IMG/VR virus record: IMGVR_UViG_3300021599_002318
Span: 1-64,000 of that record
DNA: 64,000 nucleotides
Reading direction: 5' to 3' (one strand)
From: an uncultured virus (IMG/VR IMGVR_UViG_3300021599_002318)
Lineage: Duplodnaviria; Heunggongvirae; Uroviricota; Caudoviricetes
Of the stretch, positions 25,537 through 36,800 are shown piece after piece. The translations under genes and the position numbers were made by a program. Each line of letters opens with the position of its first letter. Position 1 is the first letter of the stretch. The notes beneath the pieces are model-generated. The model made no database searches. It was not told the DNA's origin and was given only the letters and a program-made list of their open reading frames with translations.

Positions 25537-28500
25537 ATGGCGAGTTTATTAGAATTTTCATCTTCCTCAGGATTCAGAAAAAAGTTACTCACAAGGAACC
25601 TTACACCATATGCTAAGGCTCCTAATAGACCGTCACAACCGATAGACACGGAATATATCCAAAGCGATTCTTCTGTTCAAGACAGTCCAGACCAACTTAT
25701 TGATGAACCTAGTTTTGCTAACAGACTCTACCCTCTCAACCAATGGGGGTCAGACGGTGGATATAAACAAGCACCAGACCCGACAGGATTACTTAATACG
25801 AAGTCAAATCAAGGAGAATATGGACCAGGTCAACAAGATGCAAGATTACTTGGTCAGGCCGAACCTGAATCGTTGAGATGGAAAACGGTTAACGCATATT
25901 CAAATGGTTCTGAAGCTCTGTTAGACAGTGGGGAATATATTACTGAACCTAATTTTGTTATAGGTGGAACAAGATTATATAATAATCAACCCTACCCGAC
26001 AACATTCGTCCCTTCATTATATGGACCTGTTACTATTCTATTAACCAAAGACCCACTGGGTAGTAATGGGTTATTGAGTCAAGATTCCTTCATTGCCAAG
26101 TTGGGAGCTCAAACCTTGAGGAAATCTTTTGAGGAAAGAATTGCTGCACAAATAAGACAAAATACATTAGGTAGAGTAAATCTATTCAATGTTGACAGCG
26201 GGAACGATGTTTTGAATTTAATAACAGGAAGAGTTCCATTGTTGGAACCAAACTGGACTATTACAACCCCAAGTAACCCAATATTAGCCGCAACAGATTT
26301 TGCGCTCAGACTTGCTGGAAGTATATTACCTGTATCCCCAATCCCAGGTTCTTATTGGGACCCATCAATAAATTCAGGACAGCCAACAACAATACAACAA
26401 CTACAGAATGCATTTAGAAGAAGTGCTGTTGGAAACTTTTTCAATAGACTTTTAGGTGCCCCTCAATCAGGTTCTCAACTCTTCCTTAATAACACAGGTG
26501 GAGGACAAAAGTCTAGACTTTTCGCCAACATCGATTTTAACAAATTCAAACCGAACTACGAAAGAACTTTCTTGGACAGAGCCGCTGGTGCAATTGTTGG
26601 TGGTTTATCAGACAATAGTAACTATTATGTTGGTTCAAGAACATCAGAACCATCACAAGTCTTTTCTCCTGCGGGTGCATTACCCGTAAATGAGTTTGGG
26701 GTAGTCCAACAATCTCCTGTTTTTGGACCAACTGAGTTAGCTCAACTTTATGAAGGACCTAGTCAAGATGTAAAATTAGGTGCTAATGGACCAACGTATA
26801 GTGACGGTGGTGGTATCGAAGGTGGGTTTACTTGGGTTTCACCGAAATACAAGGGAAATGCTGGTAAGAGAGTGGGTCTTGGTGGGGAGGTGACAAGAGA
26901 AGATGAAGATTTCAGACCATCATCCTATAACTCAACAGAATCAACTGAAAGAAGATTTAGAGAGGGTTCAATTCTTGATGACACTCAAAGATTAATAGAC
27001 AGTCAACCACAAGGAGGAAAAAGATTACAACACGTAGGTAATGCCATAGACCAAGTATCCAAAGTTTTCAACGACGGATATAAAGAAATGACAAAGGGTT
27101 CTAGAGTTTATAGATACGAAGGGGCTGTAGGACAGGAAGTTGGAACAGAATATTGTAGAGTTTTTGCTAAGGATACTCCATATCTTCAATATAATGATTT
27201 ACAAAAGGTAGATGGTATAACAATTAATGGAAGAAGATTTGTAGATTCAGTTTTAGATAACACATATAATTTGAACATTGCTCCAAACAAACAAGAAGGT
27301 GGTCAAAGTTCTACAAATTTAATAGGAACTACAAATACCGCATTTGCAAAAAAATACATGTTCTCATTGGAAAATCTTGCTTGGAGAACCTCTTCTACAC
27401 CAGGAGCATCAGTCTCTGATTTACCTGTTTGTGAGAGAGGACCTAATGGAGGAAGGGTTATGTGGTTCCCACCTTATGGACTTACCTTTAATGAAAACGT
27501 ATCTGCGTCATGGAACACTAGTGAGTTCCTTGGTAGACCAGAGCCAATATATACATATAAGTCAACAAGTAGAGGTGGGACTTTGGCTTGGAAGATAGTT
27601 GTTGACCATCCTTCAGTTTTGAATGTTATAGTCAACAAGGTTCTTGCAAATGAAACCAATAGAACAAGAGTTAATAGTATTATAGATTCATTCTTTGCGG
27701 GATGTAGGAAATACGATTTATATGAATTAGCTAAGAAGTATTACACAATCAATCCGAATGACTTGTATCAATTACAAGAAGCTATTACCTCAAAGAAGTT
27801 GACAAGAGAACAAATTGAATGGTCTAAACTTGAGATTCAAACAGGGGTTGATGGTGGACAAGGTCAAGACATCAGTCAACCTGGACCCACTGAAAGTGAA
27901 CTATTAAAATATAAAGATGTTGGTTTGTATTTCGCAAATGATTATCCAAAAAAAGGGGACGTTACAGGATATGACCAGCAGAAACTGATATATGATGGTC
28001 AACGTGCAAAGTATGACACAAGTGCAGATACAAAAAGTTTTTTCGATGTTGTTGTAGATACTAACTTTAAAGTTGCTCAAAAACTAATTGATGATTTAGT
28101 TGCAAAATTAAAACAAACTAAAGGGTCTATTACAATCGTAATTGACTCAAGTTGTTCCGCACCACAAACACAAAGTTATAACGTAGAGTTATCAAAAAGA
28201 AGAATTGAGTCTGCTCAATTATTTTTCAATAAAAACCCTAAATTGTCCCAATACGTTAGTGAAGGGAGATTATTAGTTCAAGCTGGTAAAGGGTTTGGAG
28301 AATCTTTCATTTCTCAACCAAGAAAGTTTGAAGGACCTGAACCATATGATTTATCTGTTAAAAATTTGGGAAACTCATATAATTGCACTGACACCGATAG
28401 TAGCGTTGTGGGTGGAGATATACAAGTTCAAGCTAAAGATGTTTTCACACCAGGAGCAATGGCCTGTAGGAGGGCTTATATCTATAATATCATAGATAAT

Positions 28501-30558
28501 ACCACCGACAACACCCCTGAACCAGTTCCCACACCTCAATATACCGATGTATTAGTGTCTAATACAGTTGTAACAACAACTGAGACAGAGGAGATTTCAA
28601 GAGAATGGAGAAGAAGAGATAACATTACTAAAAGGGTTATTAGGTCCCTTCTATCTGAGTGTGATTACTTTGAGACAATAAAGGCAGAAACACCTATGGT
28701 TTTTGACAACCTAAAAGACAAACTAAAGTTCTTCACACCGGCATTCCACTCAATGACACCAGAGGGATTAAACTCGAGGTTAACATTCTTACAACAGTGT
28801 ATGAGACCTGGTGACACAATTCCTACAATCAAAGAAGTCAATGGTTCACCTGTGTTACAATACAACAATGCTGTAAACACAACATTTGGAGCACCTCCAG
28901 TTTTAGTTTTGAGAATTGGTGATTTTTATAATACCAAAATCATACCTGAGAGTTTATCATTACAATATGAGGAGTTGGACATAAATCCTGAGGGTATAGG
29001 GGTTCAACCAATGATTGCAAATGTTAGTTTGAATTTCAAGTTCGTTGGGGGTAGCGGTCTAAAAGAATCTGTTGATAGATTACAAAACGCTTTGACATTC
29101 AATTATTATGCGAATACTGAGATATATGATGACAGAGCCGATGTTACAGCACAAGAGGATTTCTTGAAAGTCTTAGATGACGAGTTTCTGGCAATGGCGG
29201 TTCCACCAAAACCACCTGCAGCTAATCAAGCGGCACCAAATAATGGACAAAATAATAACCAAACAATCGGTAGTATTCTAAACAGAACGAATCAACCTTT
29301 TGGTGAAAACGGAACTATTTCATATTCTGATTTCATGGTAAATTTTGTCAATCAAACTCAAACTTATTTTCAAAATGTTGTTAACAAACAAATTACAATC
29401 ACATCTCAGTATAATAACGCGGTAAGGCAACAATGGATGGCTGAGAGAAATTATACATACGGAGGAACATCTGTGGATACCGCACCAGTATCAATATACA
29501 TTTTTGGAAAACCAAATAATGTTGAGAACAGATTCAATCAGATATTTGCTAATTTGGAGGAAGACATTACAAATGATGATGACCAATTTATCAACTTCAT
29601 TTCAGATACCACAAAAAATCTGACTCCAAGAGTAATAAATGCAATTAAGACAAACTATTCAAATGTTATTAAAAACAAGAGGGGTGTTTTCCAAAATGCC
29701 GTAACCCAAATAACACAAGAGTTGGTTACACTGGAGACACAATATATTCAAAGTTGGTCAAGAGCCAACATAATTACTTATGATTATACGACTGGTTTTG
29801 CTTTCGATGGATTCCAATCAGCGAAAGGTGATGTGACGGTTTATGAAATATCAGGATTATCTGAAGTAGATGTTTCATCCACTTCTGCAACTGATACCTT
29901 GGATGAGTTGGTGATTGATTTACAAAAAGTGAGAGATAATATTTCAGAATTTAATGATATTATTTGGGCGACAAATTCTTTTGTTTATTCTCAAGACAAT
30001 TTAACTTATGATGGTGTTATGGTTTATAAAACTGAGAATGGAATTGCAGACGGAGCACCTTCAACCGACGTAGTGTTTGAACCTTTTTCAAAAAAGGATG
30101 AGTTCACAAACGGTAATTTCAAAAGACAATATATGATATTCTCTGATGACATTTTGGATGACAAGAAATATCAAACATTCAAACAATCAATTATCGGAGA
30201 CGTTATTAATAACACTGCACTCATAGGAGATTCAACAGCCGACGTTAGTAAGATTTTTGACGACTTTTGGATTGTAAAATCCAAACCTTTATATATTGAG
30301 GAAAATAACATAACTAAAGGATTCTTGGATAGTGTGGCTAAGAATGAGTTGAAAGATTTCTTAATCTATACACCATTCCCCAAAAAGAATAGAATCCTTG
30401 GATTTTCAACGGAAAACGTGTTTCCTGACCCAAGTTTGTTCGACCTTGAAAAATCTTGGATTAAAAGTTTGGCTGCACAAACAAACAGCTCGAACGACCA
30501 AGCCACTTGGAATGATGACATTTCAGGGGCATTAATATCTAAAGCAAAACTTAACTAA
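25537..30558 (+). CDS. Large baseplate / tube-initiator-like protein with internal OmpA-like domain
   Basis: SWNTSEFLGRPEPIYTY and PPVLVLRIGDFY...PMIANVSLNF (tube-initiator-like). LYFAND...SCSA...YNVELSKRRIES (OmpA C-terminal-like). Confidence 0.55.
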   Translation: MASLLEFSSSSGFRKKLLTRNLTPYAKAPNRPSQPIDTEYIQSDSSVQDSPDQLIDEPSFANRLYPLNQWGSDGGYKQAPDPTGLLNTKSNQGEYGPGQQDARLLGQAEPESLRWKTVNAYSNGSEALLDSGEYITEPNFVIGGTRLYNNQPYPTTFVPSLYGPVTILLTKDPLGSNGLLSQDSFIAKLGAQTLRKSFEERIAAQIRQNTLGRVNLFNVDSGNDVLNLITGRVPLLEPNWTITTPSNPILAATDFALRLAGSILPVSPIPGSYWDPSINSGQPTTIQQLQNAFRRSAVGNFFNRLLGAPQSGSQLFLNNTGGGQKSRLFANIDFNKFKPNYERTFLDRAAGAIVGGLSDNSNYYVGSRTSEPSQVFSPAGALPVNEFGVVQQSPVFGPTELAQLYEGPSQDVKLGANGPTYSDGGGIEGGFTWVSPKYKGNAGKRVGLGGEVTREDEDFRPSSYNSTESTERRFREGSILDDTQRLIDSQPQGGKRLQHVGNAIDQVSKVFNDGYKEMTKGSRVYRYEGAVGQEVGTEYCRVFAKDTPYLQYNDLQKVDGITINGRRFVDSVLDNTYNLNIAPNKQEGGQSSTNLIGTTNTAFAKKYMFSLENLAWRTSSTPGASVSDLPVCERGPNGGRVMWFPPYGLTFNENVSASWNTSEFLGRPEPIYTYKSTSRGGTLAWKIVVDHPSVLNVIVNKVLANETNRTRVNSIIDSFFAGCRKYDLYELAKKYYTINPNDLYQLQEAITSKKLTREQIEWSKLEIQTGVDGGQGQDISQPGPTESELLKYKDVGLYFANDYPKKGDVTGYDQQKLIYDGQRAKYDTSADTKSFFDVVVDTNFKVAQKLIDDLVAKLKQTKGSITIVIDSSCSAPQTQSYNVELSKRRIESAQLFFNKNPKLSQYVSEGRLLVQAGKGFGESFISQPRKFEGPEPYDLSVKNLGNSYNCTDTDSSVVGGDIQVQAKDVFTPGAMACRRAYIYNIIDNTTDNTPEPVPTPQYTDVLVSNTVVTTTETEEISREWRRRDNITKRVIRSLLSECDYFETIKAETPMVFDNLKDKLKFFTPAFHSMTPEGLNSRLTFLQQCMRPGDTIPTIKEVNGSPVLQYNNAVNTTFGAPPVLVLRIGDFYNTKIIPESLSLQYEELDINPEGIGVQPMIANVSLNFKFVGGSGLKESVDRLQNALTFNYYANTEIYDDRADVTAQEDFLKVLDDEFLAMAVPPKPPAANQAAPNNGQNNNQTIGSILNRTNQPFGENGTISYSDFMVNFVNQTQTYFQNVVNKQITITSQYNNAVRQQWMAERNYTYGGTSVDTAPVSIYIFGKPNNVENRFNQIFANLEEDITNDDDQFINFISDTTKNLTPRVINAIKTNYSNVIKNKRGVFQNAVTQITQELVTLETQYIQSWSRANIITYDYTTGFAFDGFQSAKGDVTVYEISGLSEVDVSSTSATDTLDELVIDLQKVRDNISEFNDIIWATNSFVYSQDNLTYDGVMVYKTENGIADGAPSTDVVFEPFSKKDEFTNGNFKRQYMIFSDDILDDKKYQTFKQSIIGDVINNTALIGDSTADVSKIFDDFWIVKSKPLYIEENNITKGFLDSVAKNELKDFLIYTPFPKKNRILGFSTENVFPDPSLFDLEKSWIKSLAAQTNSSNDQATWNDDISGALISKAKLN

Positions 30559-30881
30559 TGGCGTATCCATATTGGAATAGATATAGTCAATTTATCATTA
30601 ATGGAGAACAAACAGTTGTCCCTTATGTTCAATTGCCTTCAAAACCAACCGATAAGGCTTACATTTATAAAGTTGGTAGAAGTAGGTTAGATAGAGTCTC
30701 ACAAGAATATTACAACTCACCATTTTTTGGTTGGTTGATATTACAAGCCAACCCTCAGTTTGGGGGTTTAGAAAATAATATTTTCGATGGTGCAATTTTG
30801 AGTATTCCATTTCCATTGATACCATCATTACAAGATTATAAAGCGGCAATAGACAACCAATTCTTTTATTATGGCAGGTAA
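30558..30881 (+). CDS. LysM-like baseplate wedge protein (gp53-like)
   Basis: RLDRVSQEYYNSPFFGWLILQANP...GAILSIP. Confidence 0.7.
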   Translation: MAYPYWNRYSQFIINGEQTVVPYVQLPSKPTDKAYIYKVGRSRLDRVSQEYYNSPFFGWLILQANPQFGGLENNIFDGAILSIPFPLIPSLQDYKAAIDNQFFYYGR

Positions 30882-33800
30882 TGTACAAGCGGACAACAGT
30901 GGGAATATCCTTGTCGAGTTTGATTATAACAACATTATCGTAGTCGACCCAAACAAAACAATTGATGCTTTCGGAAAGATAAGAGAAAGATTAGTCGACC
31001 ACGAAAATTTAGTTATGTATGCTAACTTGGAAGCCGAAGTGTTACCAAGAACAAAACTTGCTGTGGGGGCATCACCCGAAGATAGAGTAAGAATTGTTTC
31101 AATAGCGAAAATGAATTTTTTAAAACCGACAAAAGATTCATTCTTAGGAACAGGTTATTATGATGAGATTACTGGAGACAACACAACAAAGTTTAAAGGG
31201 GTCAATCAAATGTATACGGGAACTGTTGTTCCTAAAGATGGGACTAAGGCTTATATAGTCGATAGACCAAATGATTTATCTGATGTGTTGGATAACGGTT
31301 TGTTGGGGATTACACAAATCACTATCGACACAAACATGTCCTTCATACCAAGTGTGAGAATTTCTTTGGAGGATATTCAAGGAAGAGCCTTATTTCAGTT
31401 GGGTAATAACTCACCCTATGCGGCTTTCTTTAACTTACCATATCCACCATTTTATCTAACACTCAAAGGTTTTTATGGTCAAGCAATAAGATATCAATTG
31501 AATTTGGAAACCTTTAATGCCAGGTTCAACACGTTTAGTGGGAATTATCAAATTGATTTAGATTTCAAAGGATATAAGTTTAATATATTAAATGAGATTG
31601 CGGTAGGACATCTTATTGCGACACCGCACATGTATTCTCAACAATTCAATGTAACAACAAACCCTGTTGGTCCACAATCTAATCTGAAATCACAGGAAAC
31701 AAATGCTGCAACCCAAACTAAACTTCTTACCGCCACAGACGGAAGACAAAATGAGAATACTGTCCAAATAACTGCAGAGAGAGGGTATCAAAAAATACGA
31801 GAAGTTTATAGTGAATATAAATCCAAGGGTTTGATACCTCCTGACTTCCCTGAGTATTCATTCCCACAATTTGTAAACGCTCTTGAGTTATTTGAACAAA
31901 ACGTTGCTAGTCAGTTTAACCCTGTTGAAGTTGCGCCTTTGACTAACATTCGAAACTATAAAACTTCACTCAGAAACTATTTTGAAGGTGTAAGGGGAGG
32001 TCAAACGTCATGGTTCAATAGATACTTGAACCCTAACCCAGTTATTCTAAAAACAGGTGAGAGAGCGTATTTCTTCAAAGAAATTGATTTGAAAGCTAAG
32101 TTAGAGGCCGAATCACAGTTACAGAAAATTATTACAGAATATAATTTACAACTTTCAAAAAATCCAACTTTAGGGGATGACGGACCATCTAAAATTACTA
32201 ACCCGATTGTATATTCTACAATTAGTATCAAACCAGCACCTACAGAAAGTCAGATTAATTGGGAGGAAACAACAAAAATCCAAACGGGTATTTTGAAACC
32301 GAATCCTACGCAGATTAATCAATTGAAAGACCAGCTAAAAAACTTAACAACACCAATATATGAAACAAAAAATGTAAACGGTCAAACAACATTAGAAGAT
32401 GTAAGACCTCCTTTTTTTGTTTTTGAGGGTAAAAACAGATTTGACAAAATAATTGCACTTCTTGAAACCCAAGCAAATAAAAAACTTTCAGAGTTTGAAG
32501 ACTCAATTACGAAGAAACTCTTAGAAAAAATTGAGAGTGGAACAAACGGTATTGGCTTCAAACCAACAGTTAGAAATATTATCGCAGTTCTTATGGCATC
32601 AGCAGAGGCATTCATAAGACTTTTAGACGATGTTCACACTTCGGCTTGGGCTTTAAAATATGATGATGTCAGAAAAAAGGCGATTCTAGAAAATCCATCG
32701 TCAGCACCTGGTTCAGATACCGTTGATGAAATTAAAATAACAAGACAAGCGATTGAAAGTTCAACAGGTTTAAAATACGCTGAAATACCTGTTTACCCAT
32801 GGCCACAGTTTTTTGTTGAAACACCGGAGGATAAAAAAGGTAGATTCCAACTCAAATATATTGCAGACCCGACTGTTGTTGAGTTAACGGGAGGTTGGGA
32901 CTATTCTAAATGGCCAGAGGTGCAATTTGTGGAAGAATATATGAGAGGTCTCACCATGAAATTTAATCCCCCATTAGCGCCGCCACCTTTAGACAACCAA
33001 ATAGAAACAAATCTTATTAACATTAACGCAATTGAATTTCCAACAGTTGGGGTTGCATACACTAATAAAGAAGAGATTAAGTTCTTCTATGAAATCTATG
33101 AAAGACAATTGGTAACATCGAGATACTCTAATTACATTAGGGCTAATCAAAATCAAATAGATGAGTTAATTAAGTTAAATACAGAAACAGAAGTTAACAA
33201 TATTGTTAAAAGTTTAGGATTAAATTCTCCATACATAACAATGAAGTTGAAGAATTACGCAATTAACTCAAGTAATTATTTGTCATTTTTGGAGAACATA
33301 TCAAACCAAGGGACTGGAAGAGCATGGCAAGATTTTATTAGGGATTTTTATGTAACACCATACTTGAGAAATTTGACTGAAAATTCATTTGCAATTCTGA
33401 ATTTAGATGAACAGGGTAAGCTACCTCAATCCACAGCACAGTCTTTAGCATTGGAAAGTTTGGTAACAAATTCAACGAACATACCAAATGTGACAGATAC
33501 TATCCCTTTCACGGACCCTCAGTGGAATATAAAAAATTTATCGAACGGAGATGGGTCAACTTTGGATGAAGTATATAACACCAACCGAGTTCTTACAATT
33601 TTTGACGCTAGAAAAATAATATCAAATTTCAACAACATTTATAACGTCAATGAAAAAAGACCAGTTACAAATTTTTCATATCTAAAAAATGACAACCCTA
33701 ATTCAACAGTTACTGATTTGGCTGACAATGATGTTAGTTTGAGTTCTTTTTATCAAACGAGAACCCCGATTGACTTCATGGCGACCGAGGGTTACTATAT

Positions 33801-36800
33801 TCACACCCCACCAACTTTTTCTGAAGATGTCCCGTTAGAAAACGAGTTTCCGAGATTGACAACTACGTCAATGTTGAACACACCATATTTTGTTAATGCA
33901 ATACAGAATGGGGTTCAGAACCAAAGAGCGAGCTTAGCGTATCCATACGTTCAAGCAGGTTATCTTTTTATAAATTCTTTACCTTTAGCTTCCTTGAGAG
34001 AAAAATATAAAACACAAGCCAATGGTGCCCAAACTGATTTAGATTATATTGCATCATGTTTCAAAAAATTTGGTGCAATTCACAAACTACCCTATGCTTG
34101 GATTTTGAAATTTGGTTCGATATGGCATAGATACAAAGTCTACAAGCAATCGAATACAGATATATTACAAACAGCGTGGACAAATTTTAATCAAGTTCAA
34201 AACTTTTCGCCAATACAGAACTCTCCAAGTCAAACTTATTCATTCAAATATGGAACTGCTGATAGAGAAATTGCTTTGGAAAAAACAGATACAACTAATG
34301 TGAATCTACAGGTTGGATTTTACCCTAAAGTGATAAATGATTTTTATAAGTTTTGTATAGGTTATGATGTATATAAAGACTATACAAATGCCGAAATTCA
34401 GAACACCATTAAAGGTGGTATGAAAGTCTACAACTACGTTCAATCGAATATACAAACCCAACAGGAAGATAAAGTTCTGAGACTTACAACTTGGTCCGTT
34501 CTAATCCCTGGTGGGATTTCATCTACTGAGGAAAATTGTGGAACTGATAGTGTGACGAAACAAACAATTTATTTTGTTGTTCCATCCTTCGGTTCTTCCG
34601 TTAACCAAACATCAGACGAGTGTATTGTAAATACAAATAATCAATCAAGTACAGTTGTTAATTTAAATAATAATAGTGCGGTTTACAACGGTTCTGTAAG
34701 AACAATGTGGTCGGCTCCTAACTATGGGTATTTTGACGGTTCAGCGGTTGTCAAACCAACTCCAGAACAATACGTTAATAGAATTTTACCTAACACTGAC
34801 GAACAATCACCATTCATATTATTAGATTCTAATGAGTATTCGAACATTGAAGAGATTTTTTCGGTTTTCGATAAAAAAATATTAGATAGTTTTGAACAAG
34901 AGTTTTTAAACTTCTGTAAGCCAATTACTGATGCAGATACAGCACCAACAAATCTTGGTATTGGTGAAACCTCAGTATCAGGTGATATTAATTTTAGAAA
35001 CTTCCAATCCTTATTCAAAAGTTTGATTACCGTGATTCCACAACTTCCGGCAACAAATGAAACAGAGTATTTCAACGAAGTTATAAATTTACAATATTCA
35101 AATTCTCAGAACACACTCAGAGCCTTCATGGAATATGATGTTCTTTTTAAATATGGAAATCCTTCAAATTACAAGAGAAGAACTTTGGATTCCTACCTTT
35201 CACATGGTGGACAACCTGAGGTTACTGACCCTATACAATTTCAACCATATGTTCAAGGTTCTTTACCGAGTATAGGCGGGTCAACAACATTGACTCTTTC
35301 AAAGACACAAAATGTTGATGCTTGGTTAGCTTTGGAACTTGAAGTTGGATTCTCATCCATACCGAGTGTTGAGTATTCTTCGAATGGTTCTTACATAACT
35401 GATTTCTTCATAGATAACAACATCGAATTTACCTTACCCAACGTTACAATACTGAGTCCTATAATAAAGATGTATGCAACTTATAAGTTGAGTAATCCAA
35501 ATTCTACCGTCGCTCAGTTCAAGAACGCTCTACAGGATTTACTAAATTCTGAGGAATTATTACAAAGTAATTTCTTGAATGACCTATTGGCTAAGCTTAA
35601 CAAGGCATTACCAAATCAAAGTCAAATACCTCAAGGAACGATAAATAGTGTTTTTACGGGACAACAAAGTAAAGTCGAGAACTGGGAAGTGTTCAAAGCC
35701 TTAAATGATAAATGGATTGCTGGTGGTGATTACAAAACAAAAACTCTATTCGAAGACATTTTATTCTTGGATAGGGCTTCAAGAAACATTGGACAGACCG
35801 TTCTCTTAGATATCTTCGAGTTGAAAAATATGATTGGAAGAAACTCTCTGAATAATGCCATGAGTATCTTCACTTTGATAAGTGGTATTCTAATTAAGAA
35901 TAACTTTACAGTAATGAACCTTCCGGCTTATGTAAACTTCTATAATATTCAAGATGTGGACGGAACAACAATACCTCAACCTGAGGGTTCTTTGGAATTT
36001 GCAAATAACATGTGGGGAACTTTCTTGAATGTTGATTATAGAAATTCATCACCTAAAATGGTTTGCACATATGTTGGAAAACCATCACAATATTTGGATT
36101 TACCAAAAGGAAATTTCAGATTTCGTGATGATGGATTTGAAATGAGAAGGGCGTCTGAAAATCCTTTGATTGAGAATCAGGAGGGAAAAAAAGACTGGGC
36201 GACATCAAATAAGTGCGTTGGTTTTAATGTCGATATCGGAAATAGAAATCAAAACATATTCTATTCATTCCAAGTCGAGCAAGCGTCAGGAGTGGCAACC
36301 TCGGAATCAATTAACACTCAATTGAATATTGTAAACCAATCCACAGGTAGAAATGTCGCAACACAAAACGTGTCACTCTATAATCTTTATAAACAAAGAA
36401 GTTATAAATGTTCTGTGGTTTGTTTAGGAAATGCTATTATTCAACCAACAATGTATTTCAATTTGAGACATGTCCCAATGTTTAACGGACCTTATCTGAT
36501 TGATAGTATCAACCACTCTATACAGCCTGGAAATTTCCAAACAACCTTTACTGGTATCAGACAAGGAATTTATGATTTACCTGCAATTGATTCTTTCCTA
36601 CAAAGTATTAATCAAAACTTATTAACAAGATTGGAGGCAATTTTGAAAATTAAGAAAGACGTTCCTAAACCTATTGCTAATACACAACAACAGAAAACAG
36701 ACGAAGTAGTTCAGGTTTCAAATAATACATTGGATGCTCAAAATAGTTGCACATCAAAAGTTGACGTGATAACATATCAAGGATATGAGGTTCAATCTGG

